A stretch of DNA of 64,000 nt from Tubiluchus corallicola. Its lineage: Eukaryota; Animalia; Priapulida. Below, piece by piece: positions 60,732-64,000 of this stretch; position 1 is the first letter of the stretch; each line of letters opens with the position of its first letter. The stretch lies in NCBI GenBank assembly GCA_030141605.1, contig JAQGDQ010000404.1, positions 124,001-188,000 on the forward strand, read 5' to 3'. Position numbers and translations under genes: made by a program. The notes beneath the pieces are model-generated. The model did not search any database. It had not been told where the DNA came from and worked only from the letters and a program-made list of their open reading frames with translations.

Positions 60732-62478
60732 TCACAGAACTAACAAAAGAAAAACGAAGAGGAGTGACGGTAGCATTTGAGATGCAGTATTGCATAATTC
60801 TTCCACGCAGTAGCAAGATCTGAGGGGTTGACCTGGAATAGGTTCTTCCAGTTCACAACCAATGTGTTGCGGTGGGATTGTCTCGCAGGTACGAGACATA
60901 TAGGTGATACCTAAAAACAAAACAATTACATAAGACACCATTACTTGAGAAGCAAGGTGAGGTCATCTTGAGGTACTCAAGATAAAAAATGTTCCACACC
61001 ATACATAAGCAGCTTTCAGTCCGCCAGCCAGTACTGTGCGTATAGCAGCGCATGAACAAGAAAATCACTTCGAAAGTTCGCAATGCAATAGTTACTTTTG
61101 GTTGGTGCTAAGGGACTTGACTATTGGTGTAAGAGTTTTGGTTGTTTGGTTGCTCGAAATTGAATAGGTTCGAGAAGGGCTGCTGTTGCCATTTAAGCGC
61201 GCTAAAACACACGTCAGTTATGTTTCCTTATATAAAAATAGGAGTGACTGTTGATTTGACTGCAAAAACAGCGCTTTTTGCTTTCTTACATGGAGGACAT
61301 CTTGGATATTGTCGAACATTACTTACATAGTAATGCGCAACGTAACAACTGTCTTCCATGACACGAAAAACATCCATGGGTGTAGTCACTTAATTAGGCA
61401 TGTTTGATCAATATACTGTTTTTGTACAGATGCATGACGCTATATTGAAATTCAACATGGTGCCGTAATGTGCATACATCCGGGTTGGCAATAAATCAAA
61501 AATTGATACAGTTACGTATGTTTTAACATGTCTATGCCAAATTTCATGCCTTTAACATAACAAATGCACGATTTTAGCTAAGCTGCTCACTACAAATGAC
61601 AGTCACAATACAGGATCTCAGCCACTTGCAGAGAATTACATTAAGAATAGTGCCTATACATTGTTGTTAATTTAGTTGTTGCATAAGTGAAAAATTGACA
61701 TTAAGCGGGTTTGCCTATTATTAGGTTTGATGGTTGTTTACAGAAAAGAATTAGTCTAGCTTAATGTTGTGCTGACAAGAGACAAATCATCCGGCAAAAG
61801 AGCTTTTATTTGACAGAAAATAATTCGTTCTACTAGAATTGTGGATTAAGACTATTAAATGCCGTCATACTTGCATAGGAACATAATTGGCTAAATGCTG
61901 ATGATGACGACGTTGATAACAACAAGAATACAAGAATAGCCAGCTATAAGGAATGAAGTTTGGACTGCTTTGATCACAGGGGAGTACAGTTGCCTAGTGG
62001 TGTAAGGCGTCTGCTTTGTAAGCAGAAGATCCTTGGTTTAAATTTGCTGCCTTTCAAGTTTGTTATCAAAATTTAATTAATTGTGGACTTGTACAACCAT
62101 CAGCTTGGGTTTTCGCAGCTTGACTAAGTTCAAATTTTAGGCAGTAGACTGTCTACAATTGGGGGTGGGATGGGGTGCTATTTTGGATGCTTCACCCTGG
62201 CGGATTGTACCTTCATCTTCTGATTCAAACCACTTCTTTCCACAAGCTTCACAGCCGGGCAGCGAAACATCATCATTGTAGATATCAATGCAGTGGATGT
62301 TATTTTCAATTTCTTCTGTGCCGTCCTTCGGATATTTGCACAGATAGCAAGACAGTTTATCCTTTGTCACTTGCTTGGACTCTTCAGAAGTAGTTGTAAT
62401 TGACGTTATCGATGCCTGACACACAGCTGAAATGAAAAAAAGTACATGGCGATGATAGTGACGTTTTTGCGACAACAT
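60732..62478 (-). CDS. Ly6/uPAR three-finger (quiver/sleepless-like) GPI-anchored protein; N-terminus uncertain
   Basis: Exon ending 62196 (CAGG|GTGAAG, phase 1) joins 60910-60732 in frame. Ten Cys: LSCYLC...HC...GCEAC.K...RTC...GC...SCYCVEELCN, then a hydrophobic GPI-like tail. The start may be 62478 or an upstream exon (ATG AAG ACA G|GT at 63126-63117). Confidence 0.85.
61981..62135 (+). mobile_element. tRNA-derived SINE-like element (Thr-TGT-like head) in the Ly6 gene intron
   Basis: A-box TTGCCTAGTGG, anticodon arm TCTGC-TTTGTAA-GCAGA, decayed B-box GGTTTAAATTT, no good acceptor stem; body shared with 53117-53280. Confidence 0.6.
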
Positions 62479-62564
62479 CCTATTGCAGAGTGCAGCTGCA
62501 TTTGGGTAACAGCAGGAGTTGAGGTTTCAGTACAAATCCTCAGTTATTTTTTATTTATTAACTT

Positions 62565-63010
62565 TCTTATTCACTCACATTCGCTCACTGATTCATTCAT
62601 TAACGCTCACCCACTCGTCCCTTCACTGGCCCTCACCCGTTTATTTTTCACTCACTCACACACACACTCTCTCTCTCTCTCTCTCTCTTACACACACACG
62701 CGCACACGCACGCACGCATGCACACACACACACACACTCATACATACGCACTCACGCACCCACTCATACACGCACTCATACTTATTTTTTTAATTGTTCG
62801 TACGTTTATTTAATTGTCCAATCATTAACACAGTTCTTTAAACTTTCACTCGTTCACCACCTTAATAATTTAGTTTCACTTATCCGTTCATTGTTTTACA
62901 TGTGCATTCGTTCGTTCGTTCGTTTGCTTGTTCGTTCGGTTCGCTCGCACGCCTCGTTCATTTGCTTTTTTATTCATTCTACTAGTGATCTCACCGATAC
63001 ATTCGTTCAT
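62565..63010. repeat. Compound microsatellite (CACT)/(CT)/(CA)/(TTCG)
   Basis: Directly visible. Confidence 0.9.
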
Positions 63011-64000
63011 TTATGAAGCGCTGGAGAGAGAGAAAGAAAAAGAAAGGCAGAGAGCAACAAAGGAAGAAGAAGAACGAGAGATAGATAACAGTTTTTAGGA
63101 ACCTGCTCACATTTACCTGTCTTCATTTCGTCACATAAAAATCCAACAAAATGCCCCTGGACCTGGAGAGCCACACATTACAAATTATAAAATCAATGTT
63201 AAGATACCAAAGTTTGTTTTTTCAAGAGTGAAAGCGCTCTCACAACATAAGCTATATAGACTTATAAGACCTAAACTAAAGTAAACAAAATTATCTACTA
63301 TTGATCTCAATTCTGAAGATGAAAAATTTATTTTATACAGTGTTTGTAGCCCACACAACAATGATAACCTAATTAAACTTACCTAAATCAAGCAAAAGCA
63401 AAATTGTTGCTCCAGAAAATAGTGTAAGTATCGTTTGGACCTGCGTGAAATCTTTGAACATGTTATTTGCAGTCTTTAAATTTCTGTTTTGAACGTAGTT
63501 AAAACGCTGGTTGAGACACAAAATGGAAGTCTACAGAACTTCTTAGTAACACCACATAAACGCGTTTTAGAAATTAGTTATTCCTGCTAATGATTTAGCT
63601 CTACATTACCGAATTATATACAGACTGCTGCGGATGATTGACAGGCAAAATTGACAGTGTGGATTACAAAAAGCATACGATCATAACAAAGTTATGTCGA
63701 TGTTTCAAATGACTGGCCTATTTACCAGAAGGTGGATCTTTGTCACTCTAGTTAAAACAATTAACTTAAAAGTAGCAGTCAATAACAACAAAACGAGTTA
63801 AGTTTTAACTTGTTCACAAAATGGTTCCTGAGTATATGCAAGACCGCTCACATTAATTATGCGGATTATATATCCCTTGTATATGCTTTCAGTTGTCAAA
63901 TGCATGGTTTCATGCGCAGCTAAGGTAAGCTGATAAATATTGTATTAGCCATGAGAGTTTTTCAAGCGATGTGCCATCGTTGCTACATGTATAATGACAC

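Noticed and set aside
61327-61440. Extra exon of the Ly6 gene (GTAAGT donor at 61326)
   Set aside because: The flanking exons already join in phase to a complete 10-Cys domain, and this segment has stops when read from its nearest good acceptor.
61981-62055. Functional tRNA-Thr gene
   Set aside because: T-loop is decayed, no acceptor stem, and it is attached to a repeated body; treated as a SINE head.
62446-63016. His/Thr-rich ORFs on the + strand
   Set aside because: Translation of CA/CACT/TTCG repeats.

Overview
AT-rich, intron-containing animal (invertebrate-type) genomic DNA, not prokaryotic. I reconstructed seven host genes by hand from GT-AG junctions and phase: NSMCE4A/Nse4 (+, 9 coding exons), TMEM26-like (-, 4 exons, 12 kb first intron), an intronless heparan sulfate 3-O-sulfotransferase (-), a signal-peptide LRR protein with a GPI-like tail (-), MORN4/retinophilin (-), an alpha-tubulin (+, 5 exons) and a Ly6/quiver-type three-finger GPI protein (-). 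The rest is rich in transposable elements: a decayed PHD/CCCH-ORF1 LINE at the left edge, a young GC-rich RTE LINE with a perfect 12-bp TSD, other LINE fragments, hAT- and Tc1/pogo-type MITEs, foldback elements with 15-bp terminal repeats, tRNA-derived SINE-like copies and many microsatellites. Main leads: a duplicated, truncated LRRCT exon that could give soluble versus anchored isoforms of the LRR protein; the young RTE insertion; a multi-level nested TE; and linkage of three genes whose human orthologues are all on chromosome 10. I see no CRISPR, rRNA or clearly novel multi-gene system. Family assignments come from recalled motifs, not database searches.
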